This document shows, in pieces, positions 1 to 16,577 of a DNA stretch of 64,000 nucleotides. The notes under the pieces are model-generated. The model was given only the letters and a program-made list of their open reading frames with translations, was not told the origin of the DNA and ran no database searches. Origin of the DNA: the human T2T-CHM13v2.0 reference genome, Homo sapiens; the NCBI RefSeq assembly GCF_009914755.1, contig NC_060927.1, one strand, 5' to 3'. Each line of letters starts with the position of its first letter. Within the stretch, counting starts at the first letter, position 1. The position numbers and the translations under genes are program-made.

Positions 1-60
1 TCCAAAAATATTAAGATATTTTGAGGCAGAGAGAGAGAGGGACCACATTCATATAACTTT
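1..60 (+). mobile_element. MER44A-like (Tigger7 MITE), left part
   Basis: aaaatattaagatattttgag..gagagag..gaccacattcatataacttt matches MER44; continues at 8787. Confidence 0.7.
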
Positions 61-3000
61 TTTTAATTTTAAATTTTTGTGGGGATAGTCGGTATATATG
101 TTTATGGGTTATGTGAGATATTTTGATACAGGCACACAATAATCACATCAAGCTAAATGGGGTGTCCATCACCTTATGCATTTATCCTTTGTGTTACAAA
201 CAATTCAATTGTACTCTTTTAGTCATTTAAAAATATATAATTAAATTATATTTGACTGTAATCACCCTGTGTGCTATCAAATACTAGGTCTTATTCATTC
301 TTACTGTTTTTTTTGTATCCATTAGCCCTCCCCACTCCACACTACCCTTCCCAGCCTCTGGTAACCATCTGCTCTCCATCTCCATGAGTTTAATTGTTTT
401 AATTTTTAGCTCTGATAAATTAGAACATAAGAAGTTTGCCTTTCTGTGTCTGGCTTATTTCACTTAACATAATGATCTCCAGTTTCATTCATGTTGTTGC
501 AAATGACAGGATCTCATTCTCTTTTTATGGCTGACTAGTACTCCATTACGTGTATGTACCACACTTTCTTCATCCATTTATCTGTTGTTGATTGACACTT
601 AGATTGCTTCCAACTCTTGGCCATTATGAGTGGTGCTGCCCTAAACATGGGAGTGCAGATATCTCTTCATTATACTGATTTCTGTTCTTTCAGGTATATA
701 CCTACGTGTGGAATTGCTGGATCGTATAGTAGCTCTATCTTTATTTTTTTGAGGAACCCCCAAACTGTTCTCCATAGTGGTTGTGCTAATTGACATTCCC
801 ACCAACAGTTAGGAGGGTTTCCTTTTCTCCACATCCTCACCAGCATTTGTTGTTGCCTGTCTTTTGGACAAAAGCCATTTTAACTGGGTGAGATGATATC
901 ACCTTGTAGTTTTAATTTGCATTTCTCTGACTATCAGTGATGTTGGGCACCTTTTCATATACCTATTTGCCATTTGTATGTCTTTTTTTGAGAAGAATGA
1001 GCTTGAAAGATCACTCAATCAGATTATTAGATTTTTTTTCCTGCAGAGTTGTTTGAACTCCTTATATATTCTCGTCTGGTCAAATGGGTAGTTTGCAAAT
1101 ATTTTCTCCCATTCTGTGGGTTGTCTCTTCACTTTGTTGATTGTTTCCTTTGCTGTGCAGAAGCTTTTTAACTTGATGTGATCTGATTTGTCCATTTTTG
1201 TTTTGGTTGCCTGTGCTTGTGGGGTATTACTCAAGAAATCTTTGCCCACTCCAACGTCCTGGAGAGTTTCCCCTAATGTTTTCTATTAGTAGTTAATAGT
1301 TTGTGGCCTGAGATTTAAGTCTTCAATCCATTTTGATTTTATTTTTGTGTATGGTGAGAGATAGGGGTCCTTCTGCATATGGTTATCCAGTTTTCCCAGC
1401 ACCATTTATTGAAAAGATTGTTCTTTCCCCATTGTATGTTCTTGGCACCTTTGTCATAAATGGGTTCATTGTAGACGTATAGATTTATTTTGGGGCTCTG
1501 TATTGTGTTTCACTGGTCTACATATCTGTTTTTATGCCAGTACCATGCTGTTTTGGTTACTATAGCTCTGTTGTATAATTTGAACTCAGGTAAGATGATT
1601 CCTCTAGTTTTATTATTTTTATTTATGATAGCTTTGGGTATTCTAGGTCTTTTGTGGTTCCATATAAACTTTAGGAATGATTTTTCTATTTCTGTGAAGA
1701 TTGCCATTGGTATTTTGATAGCGATTGCATTAAATCTGTAGATTGCTTTGGGTAGTACAGACATTTTAACAATATTTATTCTTCCAATCCATGAACATGG
1801 AATAGCTTTCCATTTTCTGATGTCATCTTCAGTTTTTTGCATCAGTGTTTTATAGTTTTCATTGTAGAAATCTTTCATTTCTTTAATTCCTGACTATTTT
1901 AAATGGAATTACTTTCTTAGTTTCTTGTTCAGACTGTCCACTGTTGGCATATAGAAATGCTACTGATTTTTATATGTTGATTTTTGTATCCTGCAACCTT
2001 ACTGAGTTTATCAGTTCTAATAATTTTTTGGTGGAGTCTTTAGGTTTTTCCAAATATAAGATCATATCATCTGCAAACAAGGATAGTTTGACTTCTTCCT
2101 TTCCAATTTGGATGCCCTTTATTTCTTTCTCTTTTCTGATTGCTCTAGCCAGGACTCCCAGTACTATATTGAATAATGGTGGTGAAAGTGGGCATCCTTG
2201 TCGTGGTCCTGATTTTAGAGGAAAGGCTTTCAGTTTTTCCCCATTCAGTATGATATTAGGTATGAATCTGTCATATATGGCTTTTACTATGTTAAAGCAT
2301 ATTCCTTCTATACCCAGTTTTTTGAGGGTTTTTATCATGAAGGGATGTTGAATTTTATCAAATGCTTTTCCAGTATCAGTTGAAATGGCCATAGGGTTTT
2401 TGTACTTCATTCTGTTGATAGGATGTATCACATTGATTGATTTGCATATGTTGAACCATCCTTGCATCCCAGAGATAAATCCCACTTGGTCATGATGAAT
2501 GATCTTGATCTTTTTAATGTGTTGTTGAATTCAATTTGCTAGTATTGAGGATTTTTGCACCAGTATTCATCAGTGGTATTGGCCTGTAGTTTTCTTTTTT
2601 TGATGTGTCTTTGTCTGGTTTTGGTATCAGAGTAATACTGGCATCATAGAATGAGTTTATAAGTATTCCCTCCTCCTCTATTTTTCAGAAAAGTTTGAGT
2701 AGGATTGCTATGTTCTTTAAATGTTTGGTGGAATTTGACAGTGAAGCTATTGGGTCCCAGGCTTTTCTTTTCTGGGAGACTTTTTATTATAGTTTCAATC
2801 TCGTTACTTGTTATTGGTCTGTTCAGGTTTTGGATTTCTTCATGGCTCAGTTTTGGTAGGTTGTATGTGTCTAGGAATTTATCCATTTCTTCTAGATTTC
2901 CCAATTTATTGACATATAGTTGCTCATAATAGGGACTAATGATCCTTTGAATTTTTGCAATATCAGTTGTAATGTCTCCTGTTTCATCTCTGATTTTATT

Positions 3001-3240
3001 TAATTGGGTCTTCTCTCTTTTTATCTTAGTCTGGCAAAAGGTTGGTCAAATTTGTTTTTAACTTTTTAAAAAAACAGCTTTTGTTTTTATTGATCTCTTG
3101 TATTGTTTTCCTTGTTTCAGTTTATTTATTTCTGCTCTTATCCTTATTATTTCTTCTACTAATTTTGTGTTTGGTTTGCTCTTGCTTTTCTAGTTCTTTA
3201 AGTTGCATCATTGGGTTGTTTATTTGAAGTTTCTCTTCTT

Positions 3241-3562
<322 letters not shown>

Positions 3563-4810
3563 TAACAGCTATAAATTTTCCTGTTAGTACTGCTTTCACT
3601 GTATCCCACAGGTTTTGGTATGTTGTGTTTCCATTGTCTTTTGCTTCAAGAATTTTTAAAATTTCCTTCTTAATTTCTTCACTGACCCACTGGTCATTCA
3701 GGAGCATATTGTTTAATTTCCATGAATTTATATAGTTTCCAAAATTCCTCTTGTTGATCTCTAGTTTTATTCCATTGTGGTCAGCGAAGATGGTTGCTGT
3801 TATTTCAGGTTTTTTTTTTTAAATGTTTTAAGACTTGTTTTGTGACCTAACATATGATCTAGCTTTGAAAATGACCCACGTGCTAAGGAAAAGAATGTGT
3901 ATTTTGCAGCCATTGCATGAAATGTTCTGTAAATATCTATTAGGCCCATTTGGTCTATAGTATAGATTAAGTCTGATGTTTCTTTGTTGATTTTCTGTCT
4001 AGAAGATCTGTCCAGTGCCGAAAGTGGGGTGTTGCTATCTCCAGCTATTATTTTATTGGTGTCTTTCTCTCTCTTTAGCTCTAATAATATTTGCTTTATA
4101 CGTCTGGCTGCTCCAGTGTTGGGTATATATATATTTACTTATGTTATATCTTCTTGCTGAATTGACTTCTTTATTATATAGTGACCTTCCTTGTCTCTTT
4201 CTATAGTTTTTGTTTCAAAATCTATTTTGTCTAAGTATAGCTACTCCTGCTCTTTTTTGATTTCCATTGGCATGTAACATCTTTTTTTCGTTCCTTTATT
4301 TTCAGTTTATGTGCGTCTTTATAAGTAGAGTGTGCTTCTGATCATGGGGTCTTGTTTTTTTATCCATCCAACAACCCTATGTCGTTTGATTGGAGAGTTT
4401 AGTCCATTTATATTCAATGTCATTATTAATAAGTAAGGACTTACTCCTGCCATTTTGTTGTTTCTCTGGTTGTTTTGTGGTCTTCTCATTCTTCTTTCCT
4501 TCCCTCCTGTCTTCCTTTTACTGAAGGTGATTTTCTCTGGTGATATGATTAAATTTCTTGTTTTTTTTTTTTATTTTTTGTGTACCCATTGTGTGTTTTT
4601 TGATTTGAGGTTACCATGAGGCTTGCAAATACTATCCTATAACTCATTATTTTAAGCTGATAACAACTTCACACTGTTTGCATAAACAAAGAAACAAGCA
4701 AAGAGAAAACTAATAAAACTCTACACCTTAACTTCATCCCCCCACATTTTAACTTTTTGTTGTTTCTATTTATATCTTATTGTACGATATCTTGAAAAGT
4801 TGTTGTGCTA

Positions 4811-4851
<41 letters not shown>

Positions 4852-5120
4852 TTGAGACGGAGTCACGCTCTGTCACTCAGGCTGCAGTGCGGTGGCACGT
4901 CTCGGCTGACTGCAACCTCTTTCTACTGAGTTCAAGCAAGTCTCCTGCCTCAGCCTCCCAAGTAGCTGGGACTACAGACACATGCCACCACACCCAGCTA
5001 ATTTTTGTATTTTTAGTAGAGATGTTGGCTAGGCTGATCTCGAACTCCTGACCTCAAGTGATCTGCCTGCCTCGGCCTCCCAGAGTGCTGGAATTATAGG
5101 CGTGAGCCACCATGCTGACC
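4811..5120 (-). mobile_element. AluS with (TAT)n tail and small internal deletion
   Basis: Alu dimer; tail is a (TAT)n microsatellite at about 4811-4852. Confidence 0.92.
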
Positions 5121-5985
5121 TGTAGCTATTATTTTTTATGAGTTCGTCTTTTAGTCTTTCTGCTTGAGATAATAGTAGCTTACACACCTCAGTAACAGTG
5201 TTGTAATATTCTGGTTTTCTCTGTACTATTACCAGTGAGTTTTATACTAACACCTTTTCTTTCTGATTGAAGTACTGCCTTTAGCATTTCATGTAGGAGA
5301 GGTCTGGTGTTGATGAAATTCCTCAGCTTTTGTTTGTCTAGGAAAGTCTTTATTTCTTCATGTTTTAAGGATATTTTCACAAGATATACTATTCTAGGGT
5401 AAAAGGTTTTTTCCTTCAGCCCTTTAAATATGTCATGCCACTCTCTCCTGGCCTGCAACATTTCCACTGAAAAGTCTGCTGCCAGACAATTGGAGCTCCA
5501 TTGTATGTTATTTGTTTCTTTTCTCTTGCTGCTTTTAGGATCCTTTTTTAGGATCCTTGACCTTTGGGAGTTTGGTTATTAAATGCCTTAAAGTAGTCTT
5601 CTTTGGGTTAAATCTGCTTAGTGTTCTGTAACCTTCTTGTACTTGAATTTTGATATCTTTCTCTAGGTTTGGGAAGTTCTCTGTTATTATTTCTTTGAAT
5701 AAACTTTCTACCCCTATCTCTTTCTCTAGCTCATCTTTAAGGCCAGTAACTCTTAAATTTGCCCTTTTGAGGTTATTTTCTAGATCTTGTAGCCATGTTT
5801 CATTCTTTATTCTTTTTTCTTTTGTCTCCTCTGCATTTCCAAAGAGGCCGTCTTCAAGCTCACTAATTCTTTCTTCTGCTTGATAAATTCTACTGTTAAA
5901 AGATTCTGACTCATTCCTCAGTATATCAATTGCATTTTTAAATCCAGAATTTCTGCTTGATTCTTTAAAATTATTTCAGTCTCTT

Positions 5986-6584
5986 TTTTAAATTTTTATT
6001 ATTTTTTTATTATACTTTAAGTTCTAGGGTACATGTGCACAATGTGCAGGTTTGATACATAGGTGTACATGTGCCATGTTGGTTTGCTGCACCCCCCAAC
6101 TCATCATTTACATTAGGTATTTCTCCTAATGCTATCCCTCCCCCAGCCCCCAACCCCCTCTGCTGCCAACAGGCCCTAGTGTGTGATGTTCCCCCCTCTG
6201 TGTGCAAGTGATCTCATTGTTCAATTCCCACCTATGAGTGAGAACATGCAGTGTTTGGTTTTCTGTCCTTGTGATAGTTTGCTGAGAATGATGGTTTCCA
6301 GCTTCATCCATGTCCCTGCAAAGGACATGAACTCATCCTTTTTTATGGCTGCATAGTATTCCATGATGTATATGTGCCACATTTTCTTAATCCAGTCTAT
6401 CACTGATGGACATTTGGATTGGTTCCAAGTCTTTGTTATTGTGAATAGTGCTGCAATGAACATACGTGTGCATGTGTCTTTATAGTAGCATGATTTATAA
6501 TCCTTTAGGTATATACCCAGTAATGGGATTGCTGGGTCAAATGGTAATTCTAGTTGTAGATCCTTGAGGAATCTCCACCCGGTC
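5986..6584 (-). mobile_element. 5'-truncated L1PA (L1PA6/7-like) nested in the L1MA
   Basis: L1PA 3' UTR plus ORF2 C-terminus (ORF 6221..6589); TSD ttca(g/a)tctctt at 5975-5985 and 6585-6595. Confidence 0.9.
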
Positions 6585-8786
6585 TTCAATCTCTTCGTTA
6601 AATGATAGAATTCTGAATTCTTTCTCTGTGTTATCTTGAATTTCTTTGAGTTTCCTCAAAACAGCTATTTAAATTCTCTGTCTGAAAGGTAACATATCTG
6701 TTTCTCCAGAATTGGTCACTGGTGCCTTATTTAGTTCATTTTGTGAAATCATGTCTTCCTGGATGGTCTTAATGCCTGTGGATGTTCATCAGTGTCTGGG
6801 CATTGAAGAGTTGGGTATTTATTGTAGTCTTCACAGTCTGGGGTTGTTTGTACTTTTCCTTTTTGGGAAGGCTTTCCAGGTATTTGAAAGGGTTTGGGTG
6901 TTGTGACCTAAGTCATGTCTGCATTAGGGGGCACCCCAAGCCCAGAATGTTGCGGTTCTTGCAGACTCAGAGAGGTACTGCCTTGGTGATCTTGGATAAG
7001 ATCCAGGAGAACTCTCTAGATTATCAGGTAGAGACTCTTGTTCTCTTCCCTAGTTTCTCCCAAACAAATGGAGTCTCTCTCTGTGCTGAGCCACCTGGAG
7101 CTGGGGATGGGGTTACACAAGTACCCCTGTGGCCACCACCACTGGGAGTGCACTGGATGAAACCTAAAGCCAGCACAGCACTGGGTCTTGCCCAAGACCT
7201 GCTGTAACCACTACCTGACTACTGCCTATATTTGCTCAAGGCCCTAGGGATCTACAATCAGCAGGTGGTGAAGCCAGCCAGGTTTCTGTTCTTCCCTTTA
7301 GGGCAGACAGTTCCCTCAGGCCCCAGGCAGGTCCGGAAATGTTGTCTGGGAGCCAGGACTAGAGTAAAAAACCTTCAAAATCTACCTGATGTTCTATTGT
7401 ACTGTGGCTGAGCTGGCACTCAAACTGTGAGACACAGTCCTTCCCACTCTTCCCTCCCTCTTCCACAGGCAGAGGAGTCTCACCCTTTGGCCACCACCAC
7501 CAGGTCCATGGGGAGTACTGCCAGCCTACTGCCACTGTTCACTTAAGGTCCAAGGACTCTTCAGTTAGGCCTGGGACTCACTTTTCAGGGCAGTGGGCTC
7601 CCCTGTGCCCCAGGACAGGTATAGAAATGCCATCTGAGAGCCAAGGCCTGGAATCAGGGACCCCAAGAGCCCCTTAGTGCTCTGCCCCCTCATTGCTGAG
7701 CTAGTACATAAGGTGCAAGACGAAGTCCTCTTTACTTTTCCCTCTGCTTTTCTCAAGCAGAAGGAGTCCCTCACTGTGACCATCACATCTGAGAATGTGC
7801 TGAGTCTCTCCTGAAGCCAGCATGTCTCAGAGTGTCACCCAAGGCCCACAGCCTACTACCTGGGTATCACTGCTGGTTATTCAGGGCCCAAGGACTCTTC
7901 AGTCAGCGGGTGATGGGTCCTGCCAGGACTGGGTCCTTCCCTTCAAGGCAGTGGGTTCCCTTCTGGCCCAGGATGTATCTAGAAATGTCATCTGGGAGTA
8001 GGGCCTGGAATGGGGGCCTCATGACGCTAACTTGTACCCTATCCTACTGTGGCTAAACTGGTATCCAAGATGCAAAACAAAGTCCTTTTTACTCTTCCCT
8101 CTTCTCTCCTCAAGTGGAAGAAAGGGGTCTTTTTTGGAGCCATGAGCTGTGCCACTTGAGATTGGGGTGGGGGGTGTCACAAGCACTCCCTTAGCTGCCC
8201 CAGCTGGTGTCTCAGTAGGTTGCATGCCCTCTAAATCCACTGGCTCTGAGCCCAGCTCAGCACTAAGGCTTGCCTGGGAGTTGCAGTCCTTGCGGCCTAG
8301 GCTGCCTTTCAAGTTTATTTAGAACTCCAGAGCCCACAGTGGACAGGCTTGCCAAAACACAGGATGCAGCCACTGGGATGGGTAATTCCCCTTTGGCTAG
8401 GGCAGGTCTAAATGCTCCCTCCATGAGTGGGCTTCAGCTGAGTTCAGCCTGATTTTGCTTTCCACTGTGACAGGAAAGCACTGAGTTCAATGTAAAGTCT
8501 GACAATCACTGTACTCTCCCTCTCCCAAATGCATAGACTCTCTGTGCCTTGCAGCTGCTGCTGGGGATGGGGAAGGGTTGTGTCAGCAATTCAAGACTGT
8601 CTTTCCTACCTCTCCAGTGCCCCTTTCAGCAATATGAAGTTAAAATCAGGTACTATGAGTGCTCACCTGGTTTTTGGTTATTTTGAAGACGCTTTTTTTG
8701 TGTAGATAGTTGTTAAATTTGGTGTTCCTATGGGGAGAACAATCAGTAGAGCCTTCTATTTGGCCATCTTTCCCCACTCCTCCACC

Positions 8787-8990
8787 TAACTTTCATTACA
8801 ATATATTGTTTTAATTGTTCTATTTTAGTAGGAGTTATTGTTAATCTCTTAGGGTCTAACTTACCAATTAAACTTTATCATAGGTGTGCATGTAAAAAAC
8901 TTAGCATATACAGGTTTGGTACTATCCATGCTTTCAGGCATTTACAAGGGGTCCTGGAATGTATTTCTCAAGGACTCGGGGGATTGCTAC
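8787..8990 (+). mobile_element. MER44A-like, right part
   Basis: taactttcattacaatatattg...ggtactatccatgctttcaggca continues the element begun at 1-60. Confidence 0.75.
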
Positions 8991-10498
8991 ATGTCTATTG
9001 GCCTCTTGTCTATGTGGCTGCTTTCCTTTGCCACCCAACTTTTAGCTGCCTTGTTGCATCCATTGACACTGGGAAGTATATTCAGTGATGCTGCATTATA
9101 GGGTCTTAATCTTGTTTAGGAATTAGGCTGACACATGCATGCTAGCATGGGTGATTAGCCTTGCCTCATAGCTCGTAAGTAACTCTAGCCCAGCAATGTC
9201 CCAGTTTATGCCTGTTGTCCTATGACATATGTATGAATGATGCCTGGTTTTGCTATAGCCATTCTGGTTTGAAGTCACTTTGGGTGTCGGGGCCTCCACC
9301 ATCCATTCCATGTCCACATGCTATTCCACCTCACCTGCTGACAGTTCTGGGGCCAGGCTGACTTTCAGCATCAGTTCCAGGAGTTGGGCTTACTCCCTGA
9401 GGGGACGGCAGCTATTTCTGGAAGGTGTCCAATGTTACAAGAAGAGAACTGTTAATAGCAGTTCCTAGTCAGAGCAAGAGACCGTCACCTTTGGGGAGCC
9501 CAAGGCACCTGGGGCAGGCCAGACATGGAGGCTCAATCCAGCAGATGCTCCAGGTGGCCTGCTAGCAGGTCGCTGGACCTCAGGCCCTAGGCTTGAGTTC
9601 AGGGTTCAGTCTCTGGTCCCTGTTGGCAGGAGAAGTGGGGGAAGTGACCAGGAACCACTCAGGGTGGCAGATACCAGAGATGGTTCCCAAGCACTGGCCA
9701 GAAACCCCCAGGCTTCACCAGCAGCAAGGAGGGCTCCATTCTGAGGCCCTCAGGGTTTCAGTTAGAGCCTGAGAAATGCCCCCACCCAAAGCCAGGTTTC
9801 ATCCTCAAATCCAAGGTGAAGTTAAGCCTGCATACTTCGAGGCTGCAGCTGGGTGGGAGTCAGAGGTTCATTGTAGGTAGGACCTGACACAAATGACTAA
9901 ATAGATGCCCCTGGAACCTAGGGTGGGAGTATCACTGCCACGACTCCACATGACCACATCCTCATACCACCTGACACCTATCATGGAGGACAGCTGTGAA
10001 AATTAGTATCACAGGCACAGATCGTTGTCATCCAGGTCATGCAGATCATTGTCATCCGGTCTGCAGAGACTCAGATGACAGTGATCTGTGCCTATGGCAC
10101 TTGGGCTCCCTCGAGAAGACCCAAGATTAGCCATCATCAGAGAAGTTTTCAAGCTGATTGAGAAGAAATAGAGACTTTGTGTCTTTAATCAGGTGAATCA
10201 AAAGGGTCCAATTCAGTGAGGGCCGTCCAGCCCTGGAAATGCTCTCTTTTCCTGGAACCCGGGGAGACATGGCCAGTCTCATCACTTTGCACAAGTCAGT
10301 CCCTGACACATCCATCACAGATGACTCGCAGTATGAGTAACATCTCTGTTTGATAAATGACCAGTCAACAATTCCTGGTGAGCATCAATGATACCCCCAA
10401 TATTCTGACATTTAAAGGATGCTGCTCTCCTGCTCTTCTTGGCCCCGTGTCCCCTGGTAAACACAATGTCTTGAAAAACCATTTTCTGAAACCCCTCC

Positions 10499-11706
<1,208 letters not shown>

Positions 11707-11929
11707 TGAGCACCTCAGTGCTTGGGTCGGGGGAGTCAAGGGTTCTCAGAAAGCCTGGCCCCCAGCTGGGAGTCCCTGTGTATATGTGAGTGGACAGTCA
11801 CAGAAGTGTGTGAGACATGCCACCTGGGAGCGTGGGTTATGTGGTACTCCCCACGACAGCCACAGGTGCAGCATCCCTCACAGGCACACACACACCCGTG
11901 TCCTTCCCTGCTCACCACCCTCCCTACAA

Positions 11930-12050
11930 TATCACTGCAACCATGCAAGGAAGACAGGATTGATGCCCATTTTGTGGATGGGGAAACTGAGGCAGCCTAA
12001 GCAGGTATGTGAGTAAGAAATTGCCTGAGCTCACACAGCTCCAGTGGCTT
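11930..12050. mobile_element. MIR fragment
   Basis: cccattttgtggatggggaaactgaggc core. Confidence 0.6.
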
Positions 12051-12717
12051 GCCTCCTGCCCCTGCCCAGCAATGCTTTCTGCCTCTGCAGCACCTTGCCA
12101 GGGATGCCCCTTTGCATGGCTCCTTACATTTAGGGCTTTTGTGCACTGTTTGTTTCTTAACTTAATTTGCTAGATGTTCTACCAGACAGACAAAAACCTC
12201 TCAAAACAAACCAAAAAGACCCTTGACATGGGTGATTAGTGGTTTTTATCATTCTGTGGGGCCATCCCACAAGCCCTAGCAATTTACTCAACATTTCTCT
12301 GAGGGCCCAGGCCACTGGGTGTAAAGGACTTAAGCACCTGTTCACATCTAATAGCTTGGTCATATACGTCTCCGGGGGTTGCTGGGCCAGAACATGGGGA
12401 CAGGGCAGCCACTGTTTGCCTCCTCACTGTGACACTCTGGAAGGAAGCTCTCTTCCCCACAACCTCAGGACTGGGGTGAGCAAGGTCTTCAAACCCCCAG
12501 GACCCACCCCCCAACTTCCACACACACTCCTACTCCATAGGTCCTCACCCTCAGGCTCAGGTGGAAATCAGGCAAGGGCTATTCTTAGACGGGCATTGGG
12601 AACTTCCCAGTTCTTCCCAAAAATTACCTTTATGGACGAGGGAGCATGGGTTGGGGATGTGTACTTTGGGGACAGGGGAATGGGATAGGGGTCTTGGGCA
12701 CTAAGGAGGGGCTGTAG

Positions 12718-13061
<344 letters not shown>

Positions 13062-15410
13062 GTATCCTTTTATTTGGTACCACCCTATCTCCCCAGCTAC
13101 TCAACCCCAGAGAAGTCCAGGACTTGATACAGCCTAAATGTTTCCTTGGGCCTTTTAGTTATCAGAGAAGCCTGGTGATGGGTCTCCTGGGTATTAAGAG
13201 CTTGTCTAGATCAGACTCAGGAGGTCAGAGGAGGAGGTAATAAGTTTCAAGCCTCACGTTCAGTTCAGATCAACAGGAACATACCACACCCCAGCTACCT
13301 GTGAGAAGCTTGTCAGTGCAGGCTGGGAATGCAGACAAAGTCCCTGCCTTTGAGAACCTCTCAGTTGAGACGTGGTTAAAGACACAAAACAAATCATGTC
13401 TAGTGGAGAGGAGAGAATTAGGAGGCCTTAAACAATTGGGAACCTTCATCCTTCTCTCCCTGGCTCAGTGGTTAAGCTCTGTGGTCCTTGGATACTTCAC
13501 CTATCAACATCCTTGGAGCCTGAGACCTCACCCCAAATGCGCTATCTCCTGGGCCCTGACTGCTCTGCAGCTGAGATCTGACTGGGCTCATGAGCATAGT
13601 GCTAGTTGTGTCCCAACCTTGGATGTGGGAGCAACAAAAGGAGACACATTTTCTCTTTGAGAATCTGATGAAAGCTATAGACCTTCTCCCTAGAAATAAG
13701 CACTTATCTATACATGCCTGTAAGGCGTTACCTGTGATTGCAGGGCATTCACCAACCTCCAAAGCCTGTCTTTGGATCTGAGTTTGAAAAGACAAATCTC
13801 CTTGGAGGGTGAGCCCTGAGGGCTGTGCATACCTCAGAGTGATTTGAGTCTGATTATTTTCTTCACTCACAGATGTGTATCGAGTATCTGTCACGTGCAA
13901 TGAAGTCAGATAATGAAGTTAATAGACCATTTGTACTTCAGAGGGAGCAACTGTAATTGCTTCTTTTAAAGTGAAGAGGAGTTTGAATTTGGGTGGTAAA
14001 AGCAAAAAAGAGGGCTCCCTTTACAGAATGTCTGGGTAGGAAGTCACCTTGTACCCTATGTTCTTTGTGGGGGTCCGGTTGCCCAAACCCAACATATTCT
14101 AGAGCTGGACCAGATCACAGATGTCTCATTCATTTGACCACAAGGACTCTGAGGCCAGAGAGGGCAAAGCACTTATTCCAGGTTACACAGTCTAGAGTTA
14201 CATAAAATGTCATGGATGTGAAACACAGTCATTTGTTTCTGCCCCTTCACTGTAGAAATCGGAAAACTGAGACCCAAAGGCATGGTGTGACTGACTGTAT
14301 GCCACAAAAGGAATTCTGTGGCCAAGCTAGGCCTTGGTTCATGGCCTCCTTACCTCAATTTAGGGTCCTTTGTTGGGTACCATTTTTATACCTTTAAGGA
14401 TTATTTCCTCCAGTACAGAGCAGGGTAGAGGGAGATGGAAGTGGATCTCATTTTAATAATAAAATCACTGGGCACTCAGGATCCCCTGCCCCTTTCTTGG
14501 AGGAGAGGACGGGTCTCTGGGCTGTCTCAACCACTTTCACAAAGGCTAAGCCCCCCAACCAGGCTCTGCTGGCAGCAGCCCCCTTGCTTCCTTTGGCCTC
14601 CTCTTGACTGAACTGGGAATTCAGATTTAAGCACTCTGTCAAAGAAGTGTTATTGTTTCTCAGACCGTATATGAATCCATTCATCACACTCTGCTCGGCC
14701 CTGCTTGCAGCGCATCCCTCCAGTATTTAACACAGCTGACTCCTTCGAGAGCCGCTGCTGCTTGCAATGGGTTGTGTTGTGCCCCACCCCTGCTTCTTTC
14801 TGACTCTTCGCTGCATTTAATAGGATGATCTCCCTGAGCTCCTCATGAAGCTGTGTCTATGAATTAGTCTTCTATCAGGGGCATCAGAAAGGAGGGTGGG
14901 CTTGTGTATGATTAGAGCACAGCACCCTAGCCTGCAGGAATCTCTGTTCTCTCACTTGTCCCAGAATTCTGAGCACCCTCCCACCCCCCACCCCCAAATG
15001 GTCTGAGAGATCACCCAAACTTTTGATCCATTGCTACTGGCACTCTTGACTCACACCCCAGCAATGATCACATCCTCGCAATTAATGCTCTTCTCTTTGG
15101 GAGTCCTAAAAGACCAGGGCTCTAGGCTCAGTTCTTTTTGGTGACCCTGCACAAATCACTTGATCTCTGTGCCTCACTTCCCTTGATTATAAGATGAGGA
15201 AGTTGAACTCAGTAATCTTAAAGGAGAAATTCTGTTACTGTGTTCAAATGGTCAGAACACATGTGCAGCTATTTGATCCCTCTCAAGTACAGAAAATGTT
15301 TGGAAAACTCTTCTTTCACCTAATGGCTTCCATAGAACACTGGGCTCAGCAGTCGATTCTGTTTTCATAGATATTGCTGGTCAAGCTCTCAGGCAAAAAT
15401 TATATGTCTG

Positions 15411-15714
15411 GGCCGGGCGTGGTGGCTCGTGCCTGTAATCCCAGCAGTTTGGGAGTCCAAGGCAGGCAGATCACGAGGTCAGGAGATCGAGTCCATCCTG
15501 GCTAACATGGTGAAACCCCGTCTCTACTAAAAATACAAAAAATTAGCCGGGTGTGGTGGCGGGCGCCTGTAGTCCCAGCTACTCAGGAGGCTGAGGCAGG
15601 AGAATGGCATGAACCCAGGAGGTGGAGCTTGCAGTGAGCCGAGATCGAGCCACTGCACTCCATCTTGGGCAACAGAGCAAGACTCCGTCTCAAAAAAAAA
15701 AAAAAAAAAAAAAA
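15411..15714 (+). mobile_element. AluY
   Basis: Diagnostic gatcacgaggtcaggagatcgag, gaatggc(a)tgaacc and ggagcttgcag; A-tail; TSD about aaaa..tatgtctg / aaaagatacgtctg. Confidence 0.93.
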
Positions 15715-15891
15715 GATACGTCTGCACTGGGAATATCATAAAGCTGTAAGCTATAATTGATTTGCACTTGGCAGCTTCAGACCCCAGACCTGTCTCAATG
15801 TTCATTCATTCATTCTAGTGGGTGTGAGTGGTATCTCACTGTGGTTTTAACTTATGTTTACCTAATGACGAATGGCGTAGAGCATCTTTTC

Positions 15892-15892
<1 letters not shown>

Positions 15893-15942
<50 letters not shown>
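15893..15942 (+). repeat. (TG)25 microsatellite
   Basis: Read directly. Confidence 0.97.
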
Positions 15943-15946
<4 letters not shown>

Positions 15947-16272
15947 GGTGTATCTTCTTTGGAGAAATGTGTATTGAAGTCCTTGTTCATGTTTAGATTG
16001 AGTTGTCTTTCTTTAAAACAAGTTGTAAGGGTTCTTTACATATTGTGCATAGATAGTAGATGCTTATCAGTATATGATTTGCAAGTATTTTTTCCTATAC
16101 TGTCATATGCCTTTTCACTCTCTCAGTAGCATCATTTAATGCACAAAAACTTTTAAATTTTGATGAAGTCCAATTTTTTCCACCTTTCTTTTGCTGCTTA
16201 TGCATTTGGCTTTATGTCTAAAAAACCATCGCCAAATCCAAGGTTATAACATTTACCCCTGTGTTTTCCTCT

Positions 16273-16577
<305 letters not shown>

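Noticed and set aside
4800-5051. Poly-Tyr ORF and the many other Alu-like ORFs (for example 17065, 44665, 46562, 47201)
   Set aside because: Antisense Alu translations and their microsatellite tails
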